Source of the DNA: Ignavibacteriota bacterium
Lineage (GTDB): Bacteria; Bacteroidota; Ignavibacteria; UBA10030
Length of the DNA: 64,000 nt
Assembly: GCA_963727825.1 (NCBI GenBank)
Contig: CAVSHO010000014.1
Coordinates: forward strand, 32,001-96,000
Reading direction: 5' to 3'
A program made the translations under genes and the position numbers. Shown piece after piece: positions 25,500 through 34,703 of this stretch. The notes below the pieces were generated by a model. It searched no databases. It had not been told where the DNA came from and saw nothing but the letters and a program-made list of their open reading frames with translations. Numbering within the stretch: the stretch's first letter is position 1; each line of letters opens with the position of its first letter.

Positions 25500-27143
25500 A
25501 TGAATTTTATACCATACAACGAACTACAATCCGGGGAATCAGGATTTTCCCGCCTTTTTGTCGACTATATTGACAATTATTCGCTCGTTAAAGATTTTTT
25601 CATCGGCGATTTTCGTGATAAAAAACTATGGCAATCACAAATTAATGCGGTGTCACACCGAGAAATTGATCGATCTTCGCTTGCCCAAGTTCTTTTAAAT
25701 CAGAATCGCGATTATCAATGCGGCATTAAGACATTAGCAAACATTGACCTTCTTCTTAGCGATAATACTGTTGCTATTGTCACTGGCCAACAGGTTGGCC
25801 TTTTCACCGGCCCCCTTTATACCCTGTATAAAATATTGACCACTCTCAAACTTACTGAGCAACTCTCTCAACAATATCCTGAATACAACTTTGTCCCAAT
25901 ATTTTGGCTTGAAGGGGAAGACCATGATATAGAAGAAGTAAGTTCTTTCTCTTTTCTCAATGCCTCAAATGAACTTCAAGAGCTGCGCTATCCATCTGAA
26001 GATAAAACAAGTGGGAATAATTTAGGTGCAGTTGGCGGTGTTCATCTAAGTGAATCAATAGGAATGCTTTTCCGCAATCTTCATCAAGCTTTGTTACCGA
26101 CAGAATATTCGCCAAAGGTTTTTGAGTTATTCGAAACAGCTTACCAAAAAGGAATGACCTTCAGCCGAGCATTTATCCATCTCGTCAATGTTTTACTTGA
26201 AGACTCTGGACTTGTTTTTTTCGATCCCCATAATCCTGATACAAAGAAAATACTAAAGCCGATCTTTGAACAAGAATTAAACAATATCTCGCACACATGT
26301 CGTCTTGTTATTACTCAAAGTGAGATTCTTGAAAAGCAGTATCAAGCTCAAGTTAAACCAAGGGCGGTAAATCTTTTCCTATTCCATAACGGCGGGCGAT
26401 ATGCCATAGAACCGCACGAGAATGGATTCTCTTTAAAAGGAACACGCCGCACTTTTAGTAAAGAAGAAATGCTTGGATTTCTGAATACTGATCCGAATCT
26501 TTTCAGTCCAAATGTTGTTCTCCGGCCAATCTGTCAGGATTACCTCTTCCCAACTCTCGCATATGTTGCAGGGCCATCTGAAGTTGCCTACTTTGCGCAG
26601 TTCAAGTTGCTTTATGAGAATTTTAACATACCTGAACCTATTATTTACCCTCGCTGCAGTGCAACTATCGTAGAGGAAAAGATTCAAAAGATTATCAATA
26701 AATATAGCCTTCAACCAAAGGATTTTTTCACTGATATAGAGGTTCTCAAGGAGCGAATATCCGCATCCATCTCTGATTTCAAGGTTGAAGAACTATTCTC
26801 AAATACATTTGGAACTGTATCTGAAAGTTTAACTAGTCTAAAAGATGGCTTAGAATCAATCGATCCAACACTTGTCCCTGCAATGGAAAACACTCTTGTA
26901 CGAATGCAGGGCGCACTTAACGGTTTGAAAGAGAAGACTCTTGCTGCTCAAGTACGTCAGCATGAAATATCATTTCGCCAATTGGACAAAGTGTCAATTA
27001 GTCTCTTTCCAAATTCTAACTTGCAAGAACGAGAAATGAATATTATTTATTATTTGAATAAATATGGATTAGAACTATTACGATGGTTACGCAGTGAACT
27101 TGTTCTTGACAAATTTATGCACCAGATTATCAGTCTTGAATAA
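25500..27143 (+). CDS. bshC: Bacillithiol biosynthesis cysteine-adding enzyme BshC
   Basis: VTGQQVGLFTGPLYTLYK, PIFWLEGEDHD, FSPNVVLRP, YVAGPSEVAY, LQER; start uncertain (25494 or 25500). Confidence 0.92.
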   Translation: MNFIPYNELQSGESGFSRLFVDYIDNYSLVKDFFIGDFRDKKLWQSQINAVSHREIDRSSLAQVLLNQNRDYQCGIKTLANIDLLLSDNTVAIVTGQQVGLFTGPLYTLYKILTTLKLTEQLSQQYPEYNFVPIFWLEGEDHDIEEVSSFSFLNASNELQELRYPSEDKTSGNNLGAVGGVHLSESIGMLFRNLHQALLPTEYSPKVFELFETAYQKGMTFSRAFIHLVNVLLEDSGLVFFDPHNPDTKKILKPIFEQELNNISHTCRLVITQSEILEKQYQAQVKPRAVNLFLFHNGGRYAIEPHENGFSLKGTRRTFSKEEMLGFLNTDPNLFSPNVVLRPICQDYLFPTLAYVAGPSEVAYFAQFKLLYENFNIPEPIIYPRCSATIVEEKIQKIINKYSLQPKDFFTDIEVLKERISASISDFKVEELFSNTFGTVSESLTSLKDGLESIDPTLVPAMENTLVRMQGALNGLKEKTLAAQVRQHEISFRQLDKVSISLFPNSNLQEREMNIIYYLNKYGLELLRWLRSELVLDKFMHQIISLE

Positions 27144-27461
27144 ACTATTTACGCACCCAACTTTAGAACCTTCCGAAGGTCTCAGCAGATCTAGTTTGAC
27201 CTTCGGAAGGTAACCTTGTATTCCTCGTTCCCGAGCTCCTTTATCCGCCATTTTGTTGGCGGGGCTTGGGAACGCCACTTCTGAAAGCTCCGCTTTCTTC
27301 CTTGTTACGAAGCAGAGCTTCAACCACTTCCGTTCCCAACAACTTGCCCGACATTCTTTGTGGCGGGGATGTTGGGAACAAGATAACTATTTACGCACCC
27401 AACTTTAGAACCTTCCGAAGGTCACAGCAGATCTAATTTGACCTTCGGAAGGTAACCTTGT
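27143..27461 (+). repeat. 77-bp direct repeat (27143-27219 / 27385-27461) containing the accttccgaaggt..accttcggaaggt REP
   Basis: Two copies differing at 2 positions, 242-bp period, bracketing REP element X. Confidence 0.9.
27224..27382. repeat. Four-hairpin REP element X, filled copy (110 bp + 24 + 25 nt inserts)
   Basis: ctcgttccc...gggaac / gaaagctccgctttc / gaagcagagcttc / gttcccaac..gttgggaacaag; homologous to 29471-29580. Confidence 0.9.
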
Positions 27462-27462
27462 G

Positions 27463-27606
27463 ATGACTGATATTTATGGTTTTAAGCATACTTATTATAC
27501 TAGTTCTGATACTGTTATTGACGGCAAGAACGCATCTACTCCAGCAGGAACAAATACTAATACTGCTACTTCATCATCTTATAAGAGTATCAGTATGGAG
27601 ATATAA
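27463..27606 (+). other. Probable 3' fragment of a foreign gene (47-codon Ser/Thr-rich frame)
   Basis: Open frame MTDIYGFKHTYYTSSDTVIDGKNASTPAGTNTNTATSSSYKSISMEI* begins immediately after the repeat boundary and converges on the pseudogene. Confidence 0.35.
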
Positions 27607-27649
27607 TAGTACAATAATATTTTTTTAGTTATATTTCTTGTGCCTTTAT

Positions 27650-29000
27650 AGTTTCTCGATTTTGTTAATGGTATCATGTGCTTGTTGCACCTTGATATGA
27701 ATGCCTCATCTTCAGGAATAATATATGGTCCACGCCTCTGTTGTGACAGAACCATATCCTACATCTTCTTTTCTTGAGGAGGTTCCACCAGTTGCATATT
27801 GAGTTCTCTGCAGTTCATGACACATCAGGAGCCATACAGGTACCTGTCAGCCATGCCATGCGAGGTGTTTAATCCAACAATATACCTCTTAGGCCTATTA
27901 TCAGCAAACATCTCTTCGAGATATGTTGTTCCATCTTGTCCACCCACTGGTGATGTTACATCGTCTTTAGCATAGATTAAATCTATTGCTGTAAAGTCTG
28001 TCCCCTTATAAGATTGGTTTACAATAACATATTTTGCAGTCTTATCAGTCTTATTCCATGAATCCACAGCACCCTTAACAAATGCCCACCATGCTGCAGG
28101 ACAATTAGCAGAATCCAAAAATAATTGCATAGGATAATGCGGTGTCCGGCATGTTTCAATAGTTGGATTTATATATGTTTGCCAGTATATTTGAAATAAA
28201 TCCAACTCAGTAGTTACATCCGTTGCCAATGGATAGTCTAGATTTCTCTTCGGAAATGCTGCATGATCATAAGTTGTTGTGCCGTCGAATTCATCATCAA
28301 TATATGTTTCAAACCTGTTCTGTGTCGAATCACTAAAAGACATAAAATTAGTAGACGATGTTTTTTTCAGACTACTTGATGTTTTGTCTAAATTTTTTAG
28401 TGCGTTTATCCCGACTTGTTCATGCCCTATAATATCATCCAAGCTAAAGTTTGTATTGTTGCTTACTGCTCCATCTTTTTGGTGTATATATTTTAGTGTG
28501 ACTAGATCTTTTTGAGTCATGATTCTAATGAAGTATACTCCGTTAGCGACTTCTTGTCCGCCGGAATTTTTTCCATCCCATCGTGCAGTATGTATGCCTG
28601 GATGTAGAACATCATCAACAATAGTTTTTACTTCTTGTCCTAGCATGTTGTATACTTGTATTGTTACATGTGTTGTTCCGGGAATATTGTATCCGACTAC
28701 AGATTCACGTCCAGGGTTTGGGAATACTCCTGCACCAAATTTATATGATATTGGAGCCTTATTTTCTACAGCAGTAGGAGTGTCTAGAGTCATCTCATAA
28801 TTTCCTTTAGCATCACTAGTTGCTTTTCCAACTTTACCATTCTACGATGCTTGAACATTTACACCACTAACTGCGCTAGAATCCTCAGCAGAAAATATAT
28901 TACCATGAATAGTTTGAGAATATAATGGAGATGCAGCTATTGCTAAAGCCGCAGCCATCCAAAAAGCTCCACGTTTAATACCTCGTAAGATTTTACTCAT
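27650..29000 (-). pseudogene. Decayed secreted protein: signal peptide, carboxypeptidase-regulatory-like segment, FlgD-Ig/T9SS-CTD-like domain, metallopeptidase-like C-terminus
   Basis: ATG 29000 MSKILRG...ASPLYSQ; in-frame TAG at 28842-28844 separates it from ORF 27825-28793 (same frame); FPNP...VYNMLGQEV...WDGKN..G..VANGVYF; shifted frame near 27840 gives VWLLMCHELQR; 3' end approximate. Confidence 0.7.
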
Positions 29001-29020
29001 ACAATCATCATAGACGTCAG

Positions 29021-29040
29021 TATTTATAAACTTTACGGTT
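29021..29040 (-). promoter_or_regulatory. Archaeal-type BRE + TATA-like element
   Basis: AACCGTAAAG-TTTATAAATA followed by 20 nt and then the ATG, with no Shine-Dalgarno. Confidence 0.45.
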
Positions 29041-29147
29041 GTAGTTACTGAGATCATATATAACCTCCCAGCCAAAATACAAAATATTTCTATAGCGGTA
29101 TTTAATTCCGCAAATAAAGTCCCATTTCATATAAGAATTAACCGAAT

Positions 29148-29266
29148 TGAGAGGGGATTTTCCCGAAGGGATGGGGACGGCAAGGGGTGTGTCATTTATT
29201 CTTGCGTCCTTGATCTTCCAGCAATCGACTTCACACACCCCTGTGGTCCCCCTCTGGAGAGGGGAC
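29148..29266. repeat. cccctct..agagggg / aggggtgtgt palindromic repeat doublet (type often found beside DUF559 genes)
   Basis: gagaggggattt...aaggggtgtgt and acacacccctgtggtccccctctggagaggggac; related copy in-frame in the R-M gene at 9670-9698. Confidence 0.7.
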
Positions 29267-29268
29267 GT

Positions 29269-29466
29269 TCATCCTTTAGCGTGTGTTATCCGAGCTTCAA
29301 TCCATTCCCGCAACTGCTCAACAATACCATCAACATTGCACTTCACATCCGAATCCCAAAATCGCATTATTGTCAACCCCAACGATTCCAGTTTCTCCTG
29401 TCTAATTCGATCGGCCTATTCCCTTCCGTCATGGGAATCGCCATCTATCTCAAGAATTAATTTCAA
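29269..29466 (-). pseudogene. DUF559 (Vsr-like endonuclease domain) C-terminal remnant
   Basis: Manual translation LKLILEIDGDSHDGRE*ADRIRQEKLESLGLTIMRFWDSDVKCNVDGIVEQLREWI; internal TAG at 29416-29418; 5' half replaced by REP element X. Confidence 0.8.
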
Positions 29467-29470
29467 TCAC

Positions 29471-29580
29471 CTCGCTCCCAAGCTCAGCTTGGGAGTGCCA
29501 CTTCTGAAAGCTCCGCTTTCTTCCTTGTTACGAAGCAGAGCTTCAATCACTTCTGTTCCCAACAAGATGTTGGGAACGAG
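29471..29580. repeat. Four-hairpin REP element X, empty copy (110 bp)
   Basis: ctcgctcccaagctcagcttgggag...gttcccaacaagatgttgggaacgag; terminal inverted repeats. Confidence 0.9.
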
Positions 29581-29972
29581 ATAGCATCACCATTTTCGTC
29601 ATTTTGAAATATTAATATTTATACCTTCTTAGAAGAAACCAGTTTCTGCCAAAATCCAGGAAATGAGATATCTGCACAATCGGTATTTTCTATAGTAATA
29701 TTAGGAATTCTAAGCCCTGCTACTCCGAATGACATTGCAATCCGATCTTCCTTGTTACGAAGCAGAGCTTCAATCACTTCTGTTCCCAACAAGATGTTGG
29801 GAACGAGATAGCATCACCATTTTCGTCATTTTGAAATATTAATATTTATACCTTCTTAGAAGAAACCAGTTTCTGCCAAAATCCAGGAAATGAGATATCT
29901 GCACAATCGGTATTTTCTATAGTAATATTAGGAATTCTAAGTCCTGCTACTCCGAATGACATTGCAATCCGA
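29519..29972 (+). repeat. 227-bp tandem duplication (half of REP X plus the aroA 3' end)
   Basis: 29519-29745 and 29746-29972 are identical apart from one substitution seen (taagccctgc / taagtcctgc). Confidence 0.92.
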
Positions 29973-31129
29973 TGATCACCATAACTAGGAATTAATGCGC
30001 CTGAGTAATTTTTCTTCCCTTCAAAAGCAAATCCATCTTCATATTCTTCTATATCACAGCCCAATAAACGCAGATTATTCACAATAGCATGAATTCGATC
30101 AGTTTCTTTCGTTCTTAGTTCTCGCGCATCGTGAATGCTAAAACTGCCCTCTGCAAATAAAGCTGTAATCGAGAGAATTGGGATTTCATCTATAAGATCA
30201 ACCACTTCTGCACCACGTAGATCAATATTACTTTTCAATTCCGAATATTTGACAACAAGATCACCAATAGGTTCACCTTCGACGATTCTTTCATTTTCAA
30301 CTTGGATATTACCACCCATTGTTTTGAATATATCCAAAATGCGTCTTCGTGTCGGATTAAGCCCGACATTTTGTATTGTGATATTTGATTCCGGCACAAT
30401 CAATCCAGTGGAAAGGAAAAACGCTGCTGCTGACATGTCTCCGGGAACAAAAAACTTCTTACCGTCAATTTTCATATCTGATTGGACTTCAACAACATTG
30501 CAGCCATTTATTGTTGTTGATCTCAAACCGAGCATTCGTTCAGTATGGTCGCGTGTTTTTGAATTTTCAATAACCGTTGTCAGACCGTCAGCAAAAAGAC
30601 CTGCAAAAAGTAACGCAGATTTGACTTGTGCACTTGGTATAGGCAAGGTATATTGAATTGAATGAAGCTGTTCAACTGGTTCAATAAACAGTGGCGCAGT
30701 ATTTGTTTCAGTACCATAAATATTTGCACCCATTTGTCGAAGCGGATCGATGATACGTTTCATTGGCCGCTGGCATAATGAAGAATCTCCAATAAGAACT
30801 GAATTAAATTTTTGTCCAGCAAGAATACCTGAAAGCAATCGCATAGTCGTACCTGAGTTGCCCGCGTTTAATGGCGCGGAAGCTTTCTGCAATCCGCGGC
30901 GTCCTTTACCATAGAATGAAATGTAATTTCCACGCTCGTTGATTTGAATTCCAAGTTGCTTAATACATGAAAGTGTACTAAGAGGGTCTGCAGCGTGCGA
31001 ACACGAGCTTATTTCCGATACACCGTCTGCAATTGCGCCTATCAAAATGGCTCGATGAGAAATGGATTTATCCCCTGGAACTTGTAAAGTTCCCTTAAAT
31101 CCTTTTATCTGTGGTATCGTAAGATTCAT
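29846..31129 (-). CDS. aroA: 3-phosphoshikimate 1-carboxyvinyltransferase
   Basis: PGDKSISHRA, GNSGTTMRL, RPMKR, SAQVKSA, RDHTERM, DEIP, ELRTKETDRI, GDHRIAM. Confidence 0.97.
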   Translation of the reverse strand: MNLTIPQIKGFKGTLQVPGDKSISHRAILIGAIADGVSEISSCSHAADPLSTLSCIKQLGIQINERGNYISFYGKGRRGLQKASAPLNAGNSGTTMRLLSGILAGQKFNSVLIGDSSLCQRPMKRIIDPLRQMGANIYGTETNTAPLFIEPVEQLHSIQYTLPIPSAQVKSALLFAGLFADGLTTVIENSKTRDHTERMLGLRSTTINGCNVVEVQSDMKIDGKKFFVPGDMSAAAFFLSTGLIVPESNITIQNVGLNPTRRRILDIFKTMGGNIQVENERIVEGEPIGDLVVKYSELKSNIDLRGAEVVDLIDEIPILSITALFAEGSFSIHDARELRTKETDRIHAIVNNLRLLGCDIEEYEDGFAFEGKKNYSGALIPSYGDHRIAMSFGVAGLRIPNITIENTDCADISFPGFWQKLVSSKKV

Positions 31130-31200
31130 AAAAGAAATCCTCACACCGTTTATAAATTGTTTGTGATGTGAGGATATGTGCTCCTTGAAGTTGGAAATGG

Positions 31201-33373
31201 TTAACGACGCGGACGCCGGTCGTCCCTGCCTCCATGATGATCTGATTTTTTGCGTTCACGGGAACGCTTCATTTCCTCGCCTGCATTTTCTCCACCAGGC
31301 AGCAATGCTTTATGACTTAGGCTCATTTTCCCATCTGGATCGATGTGCATTAATTTAACTTCAAGAATGTCTCCTACTTTCACAAAGTCGTCCACCTTTT
31401 CAACACGCTGCACATTTAATTGGGAAACGTGTACGAGTCCTTCTTTTCCCGGAAGAATTTCAACGAATGCACCAAAGTCTGTAATCTTTTTTACAGTTGC
31501 TTTATACACTTTATCTATTTCCGGCAATTCAGCAAGACCACGAATATAGAGCATCGCTTTATCTGCAGATTCTTTTTCTACCGCTGCAACTGTAACCGTA
31601 CCGTCATCTTCTACATTGATTTCTGCACCGCTATCCTTGACGAGCTGACGAATATTTTTACCGCCAGGCCCAATCAATGAACCAATCATATCTATCGGGA
31701 TCTTTATAGTTTCCAAACGCGGTGCATACTGAGAAATTTCAGTCCGTGCTGTTGAAAGGCATGTAGCCATTATATCAAGAATATGCATTCGTCCTTCTTT
31801 CGCTTGAGCAAGAGCTTTCTCAAAAATCTCGAATGAAATACCTTTGATCTTAATATCCATTTGGAATGCAGTAATTCCGACATTTGTGCCGGCAACTTTG
31901 AAATCCATATCACCTAAATGATCTTCGTTTCCAAGAATATCACTAAGAATGGCAACCTGATCAGATTCCTTCACTAAACCCATTGCAATACCGGCAACAG
32001 CCCGCTTCATTGGAACTCCAGCATCAAAAAGTGAAAGTGTACCTGCACAAACCGTTGCCATCGAAGATGAACCGTTTGATTCGAGAATATCAGAAACTAC
32101 GCGAATAGTATAAGGAAATTCTACTTCGGTCGGAATCAATCTCTTAAGCGAACGCTCAGCAAGATTTCCGTGACCAATTTCACGCCGTCCAGTTGAACCA
32201 ACTCTTCCAACCTCGCCAACAGAAAATGGCGGAAAATTATAGTGGAGCATAAAACGTTTTGTTGTTTCGGGTAACAGACCTTCGAGTACTTGTTCATCCA
32301 TTTTTGTCCCAAGTGTCGCACTTGTAAGACTTTGTGTCTCGCCGCGAGTAAAAAGTGCTGAACCGTGCGTACGCGGGAGAATTCCAACCTCGCAAGTAAT
32401 CGGTCGTATATCTGTCAAACCGCGTCCATCAAGTCGTTTACCATCGTTAAGGATAGTTGATCGCATTGCATCACGTTCGATATCGTGGAGTAATTCATCT
32501 ATAAGTGGTTCTTTCTCAGGATATTTTTCCGCCAAAGAAGCTTTGATCTCATCACGCACTTTATTCGTTTTTTCAGATCGTTCCTCTTTTGTCATCACTG
32601 TGCGGCTTAATTGTTTCATCTTTGCTTCTGCAAGTGCAGTAACTTCATCTTTCATACCAGATGGAATTTCCGGAACAAGTATATTCCGCTTTCGGCTTAT
32701 TGACTTCCTGAGCAAGCTCAACCTGAACAGAACAAATGCTCTTTATTGCTTCATGACCGATTCGCAATGCTTCAAGCAAATCATTTTCTGAAGCTTCAGC
32801 AGATTCACCTTCAACCATAACAATAGAATCAGGTGTTCCAGCTACTGTGATGTCTAAATCGCTTGAATCCAGTTCCCTGAATGTCGGGTTCACAATATAT
32901 TTTCCATCAACACGACCTACTCGTACTTCCGCAATTGGACCATCAAATGGAACATCAGACACCATCAAAGCTGCTGATGCCGCACAAGCGCCAAGGACAT
33001 CGCCATCATGTTCCATATCAGAAGAATAAACAGTGACAAGAACTTGTGTTTCGTTTTTATATGTCTTGGGAAACATCGGTCTAATAGGACGGTCAATCAA
33101 TCGAGAGGATAATATTTCTTTTTCAGTCGGACGTCCTTCGCGCTTGAAAAAACCGCCTGGAATTTTCCCTGCAGCTGCCGTTTTTTCACGATACTCAACT
33201 TGCAATGGGAAAAAATCCTGACCTTCTACGGCTTCGTATCCGCTCACTACTGTCGCCAGCACCATTGTGTCTCCATATCTAACCATTACTGCGCCATGTG
33301 CTTGTTTTGCAAACCTGCCGGTTTCCAGTGTGAATGTTTTTCCGTTAAGTTGTATTTCCTTTGTGACCATCAT
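31201..33373 (-). CDS. pnp: Polyribonucleotide nucleotidyltransferase, split by one frameshift near 32690
   Basis: [14 protein letters not shown] and RLIDRPIRP in the 5' ORF; [38 protein letters not shown] and S1 in the 3' ORF; removing one base from CCG-AAA-G joins them. Confidence 0.93.
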
Positions 33374-33439
33374 AGTTACCTGCTTCTTTCTTCTAAAGAA
33401 CCGCGTACTAAAAATTGATATCATTTATAGCGCATTTAA

Positions 33440-33709
33440 TTACTTACGTATATCAAGCTCTTGAATAATCTTTCGATAGCGCGCAATATCTTTTTTCATT
33501 AAATAGTCTAGCAATCGGCGCCTCTTGCCGACTAATTTCAGCAAACCCAGCCGGGCATGATGATCTTTTTTAAATGTATCAAGATGCGGGGACAAACTGT
33601 CAAGAGTGGCTGTTATGATGGCAATTTGCACTTCAGGAGTACCAGTATCTGAAGAATTCTTGCCATATTTTCCTATTATTTCTTTTTTTTGCTCTGTTGT
33701 AATTGGCAT
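33440..33709 (-). CDS. rpsO: 30S ribosomal protein S15
   Basis: [34 protein letters not shown]; AAGGAG RBS. Confidence 0.97.
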   Translation of the reverse strand: MPITTEQKKEIIGKYGKNSSDTGTPEVQIAIITATLDSLSPHLDTFKKDHHARLGLLKLVGKRRRLLDYLMKKDIARYRKIIQELDIRK

Positions 33710-33751
33710 TTTAGCTCCTTGTAAATTGTAATTGTACTGCAATCATTCTAT

Positions 33752-34696
33752 TCAATTATTTTTATATTCAAGCTGTAATACGCTGCTCAATTCTTTGTCT
33801 TTGTGCATTTGCTGAATAAGTTGCTCAGCGGTATCAAATTTAAATTCATTGCGCATTTTACGCAGGAAATTGATTTGAATATCTAATTCATAAATATCTT
33901 TATCAAAATCAAGAATATTTACTTCAATAGTACGTTTACCTAACGGTTGAAATGTCGGACGCACTCCAATACTCGCCATACCAAAATAATTGTCCTTATC
34001 TACATTGACCTTCACAAAATAAATACCGTTATCAGGAACAAGCTTCTTTTGCGAATCAAGCATAATATTTGCCGTTGGATAACCGAGAAGACGTCCCCTC
34101 CCGTCACCTGCGACAACTTTCCCCCGTAAGGCATATGGCCTGCCCAATAATTTTGCCGCACTTTGTACCCTTCCTTGGTTTAACGCATCTCGAATTATGG
34201 AACTACTTATCGGATTACCGTTAAGAGTGAATTGTTTAATATTTACAACATCAAATTCAAATTCTTTCCCCAGCTGTATCAAGGAGTCAATTGTCCCTTC
34301 GCGATTTCTTCCCCAGTGATGATCATACCCTTCTACCACTAGGCTTATTCCAATGCCATTAATAAGATATGTTATATAGAAATCTCGAAAGCTCTGATTT
34401 GAAAACGCTTTGTCAAATTCAATCACAACAAACCAATCAACACCCAACATCTCACATAATTCTTGACGTTCTCGCAAGGTTGTTAGAAGTTGCACCTTTG
34501 TCTTGGCATCTGCTAATATTTCTCGCGGATGCGGTTCAAAAGTCACCACTACACTTCTACCATTCCTTTTTTTCGCAAGAGCAACTACTTCTTTTATAAT
34601 TTCTTGATGGGCAAGATGAACGCCATCAAATGTACCAACTGTAATAGTCGAATTCTTGTCAAACGGAATCTCATTAATTTGTTGAGCTAATTTCAT
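33752..34696 (-). CDS. ribF: Bifunctional riboflavin kinase / FAD synthetase
   Basis: GTFDGVHLAHQ, TFEPHP, ISSSIIR, GRLLGYPTAN, GVRPTF. Confidence 0.96.
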   Translation of the reverse strand: MKLAQQINEIPFDKNSTITVGTFDGVHLAHQEIIKEVVALAKKRNGRSVVVTFEPHPREILADAKTKVQLLTTLRERQELCEMLGVDWFVVIEFDKAFSNQSFRDFYITYLINGIGISLVVEGYDHHWGRNREGTIDSLIQLGKEFEFDVVNIKQFTLNGNPISSSIIRDALNQGRVQSAAKLLGRPYALRGKVVAGDGRGRLLGYPTANIMLDSQKKLVPDNGIYFVKVNVDKDNYFGMASIGVRPTFQPLGKRTIEVNILDFDKDIYELDIQINFLRKMRNEFKFDTAEQLIQQMHKDKELSSVLQLEYKNN

Positions 34697-34703
34697 GAAA
34701 GCT

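Noticed and set aside
27087-27323. 78-aa minus-strand ORF
   Set aside because: Made of REP sequence and antisense to the bshC end
28842-28844. In-frame TAG as pyrrolysine or stop-codon reassignment
   Set aside because: Host genes here end in TAG (tdk, rimP, dnaE), no pyl genes are visible, and the same gene has further frameshifts, which indicates decay
29147-29584. 145-aa plus-strand ORF
   Set aside because: Antisense to the DUF559 remnant and runs across two repeat families
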